Shown: piece after piece, positions 42,806 to 52,495 of the stretch
Numbering within the stretch: the stretch's first letter is position 1
Layout of the letters: every line of letters starts with the position of its first letter
Translations under genes and position numbers: made by a program
Source: a bacterium
GTDB taxonomy: Bacteria > Hinthialibacterota > Hinthialibacteria > Hinthialibacterales > Hinthialibacteraceae
Assembly (NCBI GenBank): GCA_963663405.2
Contig: CAXXSM010000144.1
Location: forward strand, 22,082 to 86,081
Direction: 5' to 3'
Length of the DNA stretch: 64,000 nt
Notes under the pieces: generated by a model
What the model was told of the DNA's origin: nothing
Database searches by the model: none
The model's input: the letters and a program-made list of their open reading frames with translations, nothing else

Positions 42806-42989
42806 GATGAATGATAACTGGGTAACAAGGGAAAGTTTTTTTTGCCTTTGCATAATTCCATCTCAGGTTGAAATAAATTTGAAATCCTCTTTTTTTCGGT
42901 TCATCCGAGTAAGTATGTTAAGTAAAACATTATTCTCTTTTTATGGTAGATTGCGTATCCATGTTCACCCAGCCTTAAAAGGCTATCAA

Positions 42990-44531
42990 TTATACACATA
43001 TTAATATGCGAAGAATTTCGGGATGTTCAAGGGCTTCGTGGATTAAAGGTTGATGCTGGGAAAGCATATCGAAAACAGCCAGGAACTGCAGGAGTCCTCT
43101 CATGAGAATCGTCGGGCCGAGAGGATCGTTTCTCCGTCCAAGCCATCCCCCGGCTTTGGCGATGTAAGCAAGGAATCGCCAACGGAGATCGAGATCGGGA
43201 TTATGAAGGTCTCGCGAAGCGTGTTTGAGTTTTTGGTATCCCTGTTCATCGAGATAGCCTCCAGACGGCAACCCAAGTTCCTCCTTCAGATGGAAAAGTG
43301 TCATCGCCGCCATGGTCAGTAGCACGAGCAATTTCGCCGTTTTCGTGGCATTACAAAAGCGATGTTTTTCGATCCCATACCCGGACTTCAGCAATTTGAA
43401 GAAATCTTCAATCTTCCAGCGGAATTCATACAGGCGCCCGATATAGCGCAACTGTTCCCAGGTAGCAACCGGCAAACTGGTAAAAAGCACCCAAAGAAGA
43501 GGTTCCACTCCGAGGGGAGGATCGGTCTCCCGTATGACGACCAAGTGGAGTTGGATCGGATGCGGGAGTTGGAAATAGCGGTGGTTGCGTTTGGCGGGCC
43601 GGTAGAGACGGAGCGGCCACGATCCGATGGACAAATGGGCCGTGCGCGCCGCGTGGCCGGGATCCGTGACGCGCCCTCGCTTATCCAACGGGAGATTCTT
43701 ATACGGTTGCAGCGGGACGGCCTCGACGAATCGTCCCAGATTCACACAGACCCATCCGGGTTGGAGAGCATGTCCCGCCTGTTGGTTCGTGAAAGCGTCC
43801 GGAGGAATCCACTCGGCGTGGGGGACTTGCACATTCCGGTTCGCCATGGAGCGAATGACGAAATCGGTGTGAGCCATCAGGCATTGATCTATGACGAAGA
43901 TATCATCGAATTCCCGATCGGCGACGTGGATAACGTGGTAGTTTTGTAAGAGCGGAGAGAGGCCATTGACGTGAACCGCCATTTGGTGGCGGTGGTTTTC
44001 TTGAAGCGCCTGTTGTTCGTCCGGAGAGCCCCCTTCGAAGAGCCGCTCGTAGTCGTAATTCATCACCCCGGTATCGTCCGGGCCATTTTCATTGATCACC
44101 GTGTCATGCAGGACTCCAAGAAAGGCCGCCGAATGCGGATCAAGAGCCGCGCAACAGACGTACTCGTATCCCATCCCCCGATGATTCCCGATCAGGCGCC
44201 GATCCATCTTGGCGTTTTGTGTGGAGAAGTCCAACGGGCTCATATCATGGACGACCATGATATCGCCCCCGTCCGGAACGGTGTCCAGGACCGTCTGCGC
44301 TCGAATTTGCCGGAGGGAATCGAGCGGAATCTTTTCATTGTTGGCGAAGCGGTAAAAGGAAGCGAGGTTGGCCATGGAACTCTCCCCCTTGCCGGCGGCT
44401 TGAGGAAGAGAGGTTCCGGGCGAATTCAATATCATTTCCAGTTGCCGCGCGACACAGTCATTCTGCTTTTCATGTCCGAGGTCGGTGTGTTGTTTGGTCA
44501 AGTGAAGTAATTCTTCATGAGTGAGACTCAT
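42990..44531 (-). CDS. IS4-family (IS50/Tn5-like) DDE transposase
   Basis: SLPQA..FYRF, VVHD, VADREFD, FVIRS, YEFRWKIEDFFKLLKSG, GGWLGR; likely start MSLTHEE. Confidence 0.9.
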   Translation of the reverse strand: MSLTHEELLHLTKQHTDLGHEKQNDCVARQLEMILNSPGTSLPQAAGKGESSMANLASFYRFANNEKIPLDSLRQIRAQTVLDTVPDGGDIMVVHDMSPLDFSTQNAKMDRRLIGNHRGMGYEYVCCAALDPHSAAFLGVLHDTVINENGPDDTGVMNYDYERLFEGGSPDEQQALQENHRHQMAVHVNGLSPLLQNYHVIHVADREFDDIFVIDQCLMAHTDFVIRSMANRNVQVPHAEWIPPDAFTNQQAGHALQPGWVCVNLGRFVEAVPLQPYKNLPLDKRGRVTDPGHAARTAHLSIGSWPLRLYRPAKRNHRYFQLPHPIQLHLVVIRETDPPLGVEPLLWVLFTSLPVATWEQLRYIGRLYEFRWKIEDFFKLLKSGYGIEKHRFCNATKTAKLLVLLTMAAMTLFHLKEELGLPSGGYLDEQGYQKLKHASRDLHNPDLDLRWRFLAYIAKAGGWLGRRNDPLGPTILMRGLLQFLAVFDMLSQHQPLIHEALEHPEILRILICV

Positions 44532-44865
44532 CGAGCGCTCTCCCTTGCATGAGTTCGAGATTGATGGCAGTGATCCGGTCCACGATCTCTTGGAGACGGT
44601 GGTAGTTCTGAATGCCCTTTTGAACCGCGTCCACTTGCGTTTGGGGCACATACACCTGCCGTTGGGCCTTGTTCCGGGTGACGACCACATAGATTCGCGG
44701 CCCATGCCGTTGGCCTTGATGGCATGAACAAGTGGACCGGGAACAAGTGGAAAACCGCTCAAGGTAAGAGCCTTTCAAGAGCCCAGAAAGCGAGGCCATT
44801 TCCTTGAGCAATTTCGTTCGTTCCCGTCGCAACGCAGCGATTTTTGAGGCCGATAATTTTGTCAT
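44515..44865 (-). CDS. DUF6788-like Cys/His (Zn-binding) protein inside the IS
   Basis: LKGSYLERFSTCSRSTCSCHQGQRHGP; overlaps the transposase start. Confidence 0.75.
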   Translation of the reverse strand: MTKLSASKIAALRRERTKLLKEMASLSGLLKGSYLERFSTCSRSTCSCHQGQRHGPRIYVVVTRNKAQRQVYVPQTQVDAVQKGIQNYHRLQEIVDRITAINLELMQGRALDESHS

Positions 44866-44872
44866 GCTTGTA

Positions 44873-44899
44873 GTATAGCATATAAATTATATGCTATAC
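44873..44899. promoter_or_regulatory. Perfect 13-bp inverted repeat overlapping the putative IS promoter
   Basis: GTATAGCATATAA-A-TTATATGCTATAC; minus strand TTGTAT-N18-TATACT ends 6 nt before ATG 44865. Confidence 0.65.
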
Positions 44900-45149
44900 A
44901 AGAGGAGAAAAAAAATTCCGCTGTTTGAGGTCAGCGAAATCTAAAAAATATGTGTATAATTGATAGCCTTAAAAGGCTGGGCTACTATAGTATGTCCCTC
45001 CGGGACAAAAGAAAATAGCCCAGGATTTTAATCCTGGGGGTAGAGGAATGTGATTTCTTATTAGAAATAGCATTTACTAATAACTCACTTACTGTATTAA
45101 TTTATTTCTCCATTATCTTCACAAGGTTAAAACGAAAAAATGTATTCAT

Positions 45150-46931
45150 TCAGCTGAATAGGTAATACAAAAGAACCATCACCGCTACCAATAATCCCGC
45201 AAGGATACGGTAGTCGAAGATTCCCCGCCATTCGCCGCTTTGAACCGCTTCTAATGGGTGAGACCAGACTAGGCGTTCGCTTTCCGGTGTGTGGACGTGT
45301 GGGCGGAGGAGGGAGATGGTGATCAAGATGAGCGAGCAGATGACGAAGAGATAGAACGCCGCCATCATGAATGGGACATCCCACCCGGTTTGCGCCTTAT
45401 TCCAATCCAAAAGGAATACTACAAGACCAAGGCCCGATCCCGCGTAGAGCGTTATCTGAGCGGCGATCGATGAAGCGCGCTTCCACAGAGCTCCCCACAC
45501 GAACACCGCCGTGATGGGTGGGGCGATATACGAGATCATCGCGTTGATCCCTTGAAAAACACTCTCAAACCGTCCCAAGAAGGGGGACCATAAAATCGCG
45601 GCGATCATTGCCACAAGCGTCGCGGCGCGTCCGATCTGCACCAGCGTTTTGTCCGATGTCTCCGGGCGCCATCGTTTGAATAGATCGTAACTGAAGAGCG
45701 TCGCGATCGAATTCAACGCGCCGGATACCGTCCCCATCAACGCGGCCAGCAACGCGGCGGCGATCAATCCCCGCAATCCCACAGGCAGGAGTTCGCGGAT
45801 CATGAAACCATACGTGTCCAAGGTGTCTTTCTTCGCTTCGCCATCGATATAGAGGACGCGGTTATCAATATACGCGGGCCGGTCCTGAATGGCGAATGTT
45901 TTCCCCGCGACGGTGAGAGACTCTCCATGAATGGGAATCCGCGCGGTGGGATCGATGGCGATGGTTTGTCCATCCAATTCAATGCTCGCGCCCGCTTCGA
46001 TGTTTTTCATCCCCGCGATATCCAATTTCCCCTGTTCGATCAAGGCGAAACAGATCAATCCCGGCAGGACGAGAATGAAAACCGGCAGGATTTTGATGAA
46101 CCCGGCGAACAACGGCCCGATCCGCGCGTGATACTCGTTTTTCGCTCCCAACACGCGTTGGACGATGGTCTGATCGGCGCACCAATACCAAATCCCAATC
46201 ACTGGATAGCCCAAGAAAACCGAATACCAAGGCAAGCCTGATGGATCATCCGCCGATCGCAGAACCGTCAATTTCACGGGATCAACCGAGGCGCTCAGCT
46301 CCGCCCAGCCTCCAACATGCGTGTAAGCGATCGCAGTAATGCAGACGGCCCCAGCCAAGAGGATAACGGTCTGAATCGATTCCGTCACAACGACAGCCGT
46401 CAAACCACCAACAATTGTATACAAGCCCGTCAACAGAGCGGTGACGATAATGCTGAAATGGATATCCAATCCAAACATGCCCTGCAAAACCGCCGCGCCG
46501 GTGTATAACGAGAATCCGATATGAAGGAAGATCGCGGATAGGATGGACAAGATCGCCAGCCAATCGCGGCAGGGGCGGTTATACCGCGCCTCCAAAAAAT
46601 CCGGCAATGTTGCGACGCGGCTGCGGATATAGAACGGAGCGAAGAATAGGGAAAGGACAATCAATGTGAACGGCGCCATCCATTCAAAATTGCCATAGGC
46701 CAATCCATTCATGTACCCTTCCTGCGCCAAGGAAACCAGATGGATGGTGGAGATGTTTGTTGAGAACAGCGCCAAACCGATCACCGGCCAGGTTAATGTT
46801 CCTCCCGCGAGAAAATAATCTTTCCCCGAACGGCCCTTGCGCCGGACGCCGACCCAGCATCCAAGGCCGACGATAGCGAGAATATAAGCGATGATGATTA
46901 GTAGATCCAGCGATTCGATTTGGATAGCCAT
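45150..46931 (-). CDS. Sodium:solute symporter (SSS/SLC5) with extended soluble loop
   Basis: DYFLAGG, FSTNIS, YTIVGGLTAVVVTE, WYWCADQTIVQRVL, AALLAALM. Confidence 0.92.
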   Translation of the reverse strand: MAIQIESLDLLIIIAYILAIVGLGCWVGVRRKGRSGKDYFLAGGTLTWPVIGLALFSTNISTIHLVSLAQEGYMNGLAYGNFEWMAPFTLIVLSLFFAPFYIRSRVATLPDFLEARYNRPCRDWLAILSILSAIFLHIGFSLYTGAAVLQGMFGLDIHFSIIVTALLTGLYTIVGGLTAVVVTESIQTVILLAGAVCITAIAYTHVGGWAELSASVDPVKLTVLRSADDPSGLPWYSVFLGYPVIGIWYWCADQTIVQRVLGAKNEYHARIGPLFAGFIKILPVFILVLPGLICFALIEQGKLDIAGMKNIEAGASIELDGQTIAIDPTARIPIHGESLTVAGKTFAIQDRPAYIDNRVLYIDGEAKKDTLDTYGFMIRELLPVGLRGLIAAALLAALMGTVSGALNSIATLFSYDLFKRWRPETSDKTLVQIGRAATLVAMIAAILWSPFLGRFESVFQGINAMISYIAPPITAVFVWGALWKRASSIAAQITLYAGSGLGLVVFLLDWNKAQTGWDVPFMMAAFYLFVICSLILITISLLRPHVHTPESERLVWSHPLEAVQSGEWRGIFDYRILAGLLVAVMVLLYYLFS

Positions 46932-46979
46932 AGTAATAGTGTTGCCGCGCGCGGGGCGCCTTCATGCAAGCCTGCGCGT

Positions 46980-47972
46980 TCAACGATAGCCTTTCTTGGT
47001 CAGTTCAATGACTTGATTGACATTGGTACGATCGATGATAGCCGCTCCCGCGTCGATATCCGATGGCTCGATGCCGTAGCGGATATAAAGAGCCAACTGC
47101 ACGACAGGATAGAAGCCTTGGATGTATGGTTGTTGATCAACCGTACAGCGAATATGCCCATCTTGAATGAGCCGCAGCGTGGTTTCGGATAGATCGAATC
47201 CCGCCGACCAGTAGCCCTTGGATTGAAAATATTTCTCGATAGCCAAACCGGCGGCTTCCGTGTCGGATTGGCCGGTTCCAAGGATGATGCGGATTTCCGG
47301 ATGTTCACGTAATACGGTGGCGATCTTTTCCGCGCCTTGTGTGGAATCATTTCCTGTGATGAGAGTTGTCCAGGTCACTCCCTTTTCTTTGAGAATGTCC
47401 TGCTCGCCGCGCAACCGGTCTTCTAGGGCGGAGACGCCTTCATCATGCATGGTCATTAGAATGTGACTCTCAGCCGGGATTTCCGGCGCCACCCGCTGGG
47501 CCAATGTTCGCCCCGCTTCGTATAAGCGCTGATTGACGGCGCTGAGCCGCGCGTTCGGTGTGGCGTTGTCATCAACATTGAAAGCGACAACGGGAACACC
47601 TTGGTTGATGGCTTCTTGGATTACATCATCGAACGCTACTGGATCGATGATGTTCAGCGCGATCCCATCGTATCCATCTTTCACGGCTTGTTTTACCATC
47701 TCCGCCTGAGAAACAACATCAACGCCTTCCGTTCCCATAAAATCGCATTTCACGTTCATTTTTTCCGCCGCGTCACGCATCCCTTTTTTGAGCGGCTCAA
47801 AAAATTTGGCTTCCACAGCGCATGTGATGAAAGCGAAACGCAATGGCTTGGTTGAATCCGGATTCATGCGTGGAGCGGATACGATAGTGGTAATACGATC
47901 GGATACAATATAAGTAGTAAGTGTGATTGCGCACAAGATCAGGATCAGGATGTGAGAGAAATATCGATTCAT
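46980..47972 (-). CDS. Periplasmic sugar-binding protein (RbsB/Peripla_BP_4-like)
   Basis: FFEPLKKG, GVPVVAFN, DRLRG, AGFDLS, TVDQQPYIQG. Confidence 0.88.
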   Translation of the reverse strand: MNRYFSHILILILCAITLTTYIVSDRITTIVSAPRMNPDSTKPLRFAFITCAVEAKFFEPLKKGMRDAAEKMNVKCDFMGTEGVDVVSQAEMVKQAVKDGYDGIALNIIDPVAFDDVIQEAINQGVPVVAFNVDDNATPNARLSAVNQRLYEAGRTLAQRVAPEIPAESHILMTMHDEGVSALEDRLRGEQDILKEKGVTWTTLITGNDSTQGAEKIATVLREHPEIRIILGTGQSDTEAAGLAIEKYFQSKGYWSAGFDLSETTLRLIQDGHIRCTVDQQPYIQGFYPVVQLALYIRYGIEPSDIDAGAAIIDRTNVNQVIELTKKGYR

Positions 47973-48044
47973 CGTTGGGTTGATAACTCCTTTCCGTATT
48001 TTGTTTTACAAGTAAGGGATATATTTTGAATACGGGCATTATCT

Positions 48045-48209
48045 AAGGTTTTTTTCTCTCCTTGTATAGTTTCCGGAATGTAGCACCAGGGCAGATGAAA
48101 AACCTTGCCCTGGCCACCCGTCAATCAGCTGGGTAGCAAGGGGAAGGCTTCTTTCTCCCCTTGCATAATTCCCGGGATGTAGCCAGGGCAGAAAAAAGCC
48201 TTGCCCTGG
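48045..48209 (+). repeat. Two ~100-bp-period direct repeats, each ending in a CCAGGGCA...TGCCCTGG hairpin
   Basis: 48045-48113 vs 48144-48209; related GGCAAGGTTTTTTGTGTCTGCCC near 61940. Confidence 0.7.
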
Positions 48210-48519
48210 GTGCCCGCAAAAATGGAAATTCGTCAAAGAGAATCAAAAATCCTTTTAAAATCGCGTTTCTAAAAGAATTCACAGCAACCTGAATTATAAA
48301 TAGTATTCACTGGTTTTTTCCAGTCCCAACATTGAAATATAAAATCACTTGGTTTGCAAGTTTTTAAGAATATGAATTGAGTTTTTGGCTTGATTATTAG
48401 AAAGGAGTTTTATAATATTGCATTGGTGATTGATGAATTTTTGTCGATTCTGTCTTGTTTTTTTGTCCGGGCGCTGTTTTTTGTGTTAGGATCGCTTGTT
48501 CGTCCTATTTGTTTTAAGA

Positions 48520-49533
48520 ATGGAGAAGACCGTGAACATACTGATCGTTGATAGTTCAGAGGCGTCCCGCACGCTTATCGCGTCGATGCTGAAGGATGCG
48601 GGATACGTTCAGATAACGGAGGCGCCAACCTATCAAAAGGCATATACGATTCTGAACCTTTCTCGGTCTTCAGAATCCGAGCCTGATTTCGATCTCATCA
48701 TCATCAATCCCGTCATGCCGCATATGGATGGAATCGAGGCGGTTCAACGAATCAAAACAGCGAAACATCTTGTGGATATTCCCATACTAATCACCGCCTC
48801 CCAAGATCCCGCCGGAAACATGGAGCGTGTTTTAAACGAAGGACTCATCGACTTTATCCGTCAACCAATCGATGAAGTGGAACTGCGCCCCCGCATTCGC
48901 TCGTTGATGAAGTTGAAAGAAGAAATGGATCTGCGCAAAGCGCGTGAAGTTGAATTACGCCGCCTTTCGCAGCAATACGCGGAAGTGCATGAAAAACTCG
49001 AACAAATAACCAATATCGACGCGTTGACCGGCATCGCAAACCGGCGTTGTTTTAATCGATATTTTGAGAATTCTTGGCTTCTCGCCGTGAGAGAATACAC
49101 CTCGATTTGCCTTCTCATGATTGATATCGATTGTTTCACGGCGTTCAATGATCTATATGGCCGTGAACAGGGAGATGAATGTCTGACTGAAATTGCCGAA
49201 ACGTTAGAGAAATCGATCCGGCGGCCGGGAGATTTTTTAGCCCGGTATAGTGGAGGACAGTTTGCCGCGGTATTGGGAAACACGGATGTGGATGGGGCGA
49301 TTTACGTGGCGGAATCAATGAGGACTTACGTTCAAAACGAAGCGATCAAACATACTGGATCAAGAAACGGCGACTATTTAACAATCAGTGTCGGTCTCGC
49401 CGGAACCGTGCCCGCGCCGGCTTTTGACGCGGATTCTCTCGTGGCCGCCGCCGAAGAAGCGTTGGATGAAGCGAAAACACAAGGAGGCGATCGAGTGATC
49501 GTCGGTTCCGTTGACAGCGGCCTTGTTCAATGA
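48520..49533 (+). CDS. REC-GGDEF protein with degenerate active sites
   Basis: REC fold, DALTGIANRR, MIDID, RPGD I-site, SGGQF in place of GGDEF. Confidence 0.85.
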   Translation: MEKTVNILIVDSSEASRTLIASMLKDAGYVQITEAPTYQKAYTILNLSRSSESEPDFDLIIINPVMPHMDGIEAVQRIKTAKHLVDIPILITASQDPAGNMERVLNEGLIDFIRQPIDEVELRPRIRSLMKLKEEMDLRKAREVELRRLSQQYAEVHEKLEQITNIDALTGIANRRCFNRYFENSWLLAVREYTSICLLMIDIDCFTAFNDLYGREQGDECLTEIAETLEKSIRRPGDFLARYSGGQFAAVLGNTDVDGAIYVAESMRTYVQNEAIKHTGSRNGDYLTISVGLAGTVPAPAFDADSLVAAAEEALDEAKTQGGDRVIVGSVDSGLVQ

Positions 49534-49553
49534 GAATTTTGAACTCCAGCATA

Positions 49554-49859
49554 TTACTGCGGCGCTGTATATGGTTCTTCGTATAATTGAACTGAATCTC
49601 GCATTACATGCGTATAGAACGGCAACTCAGAAAACTGTTTGTATTGTTCCATATCCGTCTTCATCAGCCGGTTTGATTTCTCAATACGAAAGGTTTGGTG
49701 GAGCGCATAATTATCCTGTTTAAGGTTTTCAATTGAGAGGAATAAATATAGAAAAAGAAGACAGCAGCCTATTGTTATTGCTACATTCATGAATATAACA
49801 ATAGTTACAAGATTTTTTAACTTTTCATGTTCAGATATCGACGCTGCGTGATCTAACAT
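49554..49859 (-). CDS. Small hypothetical membrane protein
   Basis: 101-aa ORF with one TM segment, downstream of 49922. Confidence 0.4.
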   Translation of the reverse strand: MLDHAASISEHEKLKNLVTIVIFMNVAITIGCCLLFLYLFLSIENLKQDNYALHQTFRIEKSNRLMKTDMEQYKQFSELPFYTHVMRDSVQLYEEPYTAPQ

Positions 49860-49921
49860 GATTTCATCCTTTTCTCCATTCTTTTGTCAATCTATTATTA
49901 ATTGGTTTTGAAAATTCACGT

Positions 49922-52495
49922 TCATTGTCTCGCGATGAAATTAACGCGGGTGGTTTGACCATCCTGCACCTGAACGGTTCTGTCTTCCCCCAAGAAATCC
50001 GGACCGTGAATGGTATACTCCGCCGCGGGTAAATGATCAATGCGAAAGCAGCCATTCGGATCAGTGCTTGTCAATGCTCCGAACAATATATCGGGATAAT
50101 TGAGGCAATGGATTTCATTAACAACAACCGGCTTTTGTTCTTCATCGAGGATGGCGCCTTCAATGGTTCCACCCAGTGTGACGGGAAAGACAGGCGGCGG
50201 GTTCTCATTGGTCCATTCCGCCGGCAGGGGATGTTTTGTCATGGCGAATTGCGGATGCCGGATATAGAGAGTGTCGGGACGCCGGGAGCGGTTGGAGATG
50301 ATAAACGATCCATCTTCACGCGTGAGGGAGGGTTCTAAAAAGATGATTCCTCGATAATCCCCTCTTATATTTTTATTCCTCATACAGGATTCCAATCCGA
50401 TTTCCGCGCCCGCGACGGGATGGCCCTCTGGATCGACGACGATCCCTCGATATTCATTGGCCTTTTCCAACTCAATAATATACTGCTGGTAGGGGGATTC
50501 CGAATCTGTATCGATCGGTTGCTTTTCACTGAACGCGTATCCATCGGCGAAGGCGAACAGTTCAAACTGGCCTCCTCCAAGCTCAGTGAACTGGAAGGCG
50601 CCATTCGCATATGTCATTTCGCACAGATCTCTTGTATACCGGTTTCGCAGGATCACGCTCGCGCCGGCGATGGGATTCCGGGTGGATTGATCCAACACCA
50701 TCCCGGCGATGAGAATCGATGGTTTTAATGTGATCAATATACTTTCACCCATTCGAAATCCATCACGAAAAAATGGATAGCCTTCCGCTTCGACACTCAC
50801 CATGACTCCACCGCTTTTGTTGATTTTCTCGATGGTAAATTCGCCATTTTCGTCGGTGATTGCAGAGCCTCTGGAAAAAATTTCATTCTCAGCCGCCGAG
50901 TAAGCGGACGTCATGGCCGCATGGGCTTCGACTTTTGCGCCTGCGATGGGGCTTCCATCTTGCGCGATCACTTTTCCCGATATGGTTTCCGCGCCCTCAT
51001 GGATTTCATAATCTACTCCTGTTTTCTGTTCACCCCTTTTGAGGGATATGGTTGTTTCCGGGAAGATTCTCTTCGAGCCTTCTTCAGTATGTTTGGATAG
51101 AGAGAATTTATATTCCCCTTCTCCAAGACCTTCTATTATATACTCTCCATTTTCATCGGTTTCACTACTGGCGGAATGAAATGAATCCAAGTTGATGCTG
51201 CGCCCCATGGAAATGTTAAGAACATAGATGGTCCATTCCACGGCGGGCGAACCGTCTTTATAAAAGATACGGCCTGCAATGGAGGACGATGCGCCCAGTA
51301 CGAGGGTCACTTCCATCGGGAAATCCTGATCGCCGGATTCAATCACTTCGCTGAAAGATTCGCCGTATTCTGTTTTATTGGCTTTGAAGAGAATCTTGCC
51401 GGGGGGAATGTTGGTGAATTCACATACCCCATTCGAGTCTGTGTTTTTTGAGGTGTTTTCATATTCTTTGTCCGCAGGAATCGCTGTCACCTCCACATCA
51501 GGAACCGGGGACTGATTGGCGTCCACGACACGAACGATCACGGCGCGCCCTTTCTCCATTTTGACTGTGTATTCTTTGTTCTGGGTTTCGGAGGAGAGTT
51601 GAATATTCCCTAGGGGATCGGCTATATCATGTCTTTTACGCCGGTTGGCGTCGTAATCGATATACCCATCGGCTCGGACTAGGAAATAAAACGAACCTTC
51701 CCCAAGATCGGAAATAATAAAAGTTCCATCAGCTTCGCTCACGGTCGATGGATTGTAATGGGTTTCCCCATCGATTTCATACTGACCACGCAATTGAACT
51801 TCGGCGCCGGCGATCGGTTCGCCCGTTTCTTTTTCGATTACATTCCCCTTAACGGTTAACGATCCCAGTTTGTGAATGAAATTCGTAACCACGGATGGAT
51901 TCGTTTGGGTGAGTTGAACGGATTGTGTTTCCTCGTAATAGTCTTTCGGAGGCGTGGAGATGAGACGATAGGCGCCTTCTCTTGGCGCTTCAAGGAGAAA
52001 GTAGCCATCCTGATTGGAATGGGTTTCGCCGATCTGTTCCCATTGTCCTTCACGGTTTTGCCGGCAGGTGATTTGACTGTTGGCCAGCAGATCCCCATCT
52101 TCATTCAACACATAGCCAGCAATATAGTAGAACTCTTTTGTCACATATTCGATAATCGGCTCCGAAGATGCGGGAATGGTTGGTTCAGCGGTACTCTCTC
52201 GTGGATTGGACGCGACCGATTGTTCCCTCAAATCCGCATTACCAGTCGCGTCAACAATCGATCCTTCCAATCCACTCATCTTTCGAATTTGACCGTCCGC
52301 TGTTATCCGGGCGATTTCACCCGCCTTGAGTGTGTCGGCAAGAGAGCCGTTGGACACTCGCACTTTGCCTTCCGTGACTTTGACATTCATGCCTGTCGCA
52401 GGATTGTCCGGACGGGGGGAATCACTAAAAATGATGATTAATGAGATCGTTATAATCAGTAAAAGGGTAAATGAGATCGGTATCCAAGTTCTCAT
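49922..52495 (-). CDS. Secreted protein with tandem carboxypeptidase-regulatory-like (CarboxypepD_reg) domains
   Basis: Repeated I.G.V....G.PIAGA.V......TDENGEF motifs; TM/signal MRTWIPISF; GAGGA RBS. Confidence 0.8.
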   Translation of the reverse strand: MRTWIPISFTLLLIITISLIIIFSDSPRPDNPATGMNVKVTEGKVRVSNGSLADTLKAGEIARITADGQIRKMSGLEGSIVDATGNADLREQSVASNPRESTAEPTIPASSEPIIEYVTKEFYYIAGYVLNEDGDLLANSQITCRQNREGQWEQIGETHSNQDGYFLLEAPREGAYRLISTPPKDYYEETQSVQLTQTNPSVVTNFIHKLGSLTVKGNVIEKETGEPIAGAEVQLRGQYEIDGETHYNPSTVSEADGTFIISDLGEGSFYFLVRADGYIDYDANRRKRHDIADPLGNIQLSSETQNKEYTVKMEKGRAVIVRVVDANQSPVPDVEVTAIPADKEYENTSKNTDSNGVCEFTNIPPGKILFKANKTEYGESFSEVIESGDQDFPMEVTLVLGASSSIAGRIFYKDGSPAVEWTIYVLNISMGRSINLDSFHSASSETDENGEYIIEGLGEGEYKFSLSKHTEEGSKRIFPETTISLKRGEQKTGVDYEIHEGAETISGKVIAQDGSPIAGAKVEAHAAMTSAYSAAENEIFSRGSAITDENGEFTIEKINKSGGVMVSVEAEGYPFFRDGFRMGESILITLKPSILIAGMVLDQSTRNPIAGASVILRNRYTRDLCEMTYANGAFQFTELGGGQFELFAFADGYAFSEKQPIDTDSESPYQQYIIELEKANEYRGIVVDPEGHPVAGAEIGLESCMRNKNIRGDYRGIIFLEPSLTREDGSFIISNRSRRPDTLYIRHPQFAMTKHPLPAEWTNENPPPVFPVTLGGTIEGAILDEEQKPVVVNEIHCLNYPDILFGALTSTDPNGCFRIDHLPAAEYTIHGPDFLGEDRTVQVQDGQTTRVNFIARQ

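Larger units (their letters stand above)
42983..44966 (-). mobile_element. Complete 1984-bp IS4-family element; 20-bp perfect TIRs and 10-bp TSD
   Basis: CTATCAATTATACACATATT (42983-43002) / AATATGTGTATAATTGATAG (44947-44966); CCTTAAAAGG at 42973-42982 and 44967-44976. Confidence 0.95.

Noticed and set aside
44532-44762. 77-aa N-terminal extension of the transposase in the ORF track
   Set aside because: Overlaps the DUF6788-like gene out of frame; transposase similarity starts near MSLTHEE
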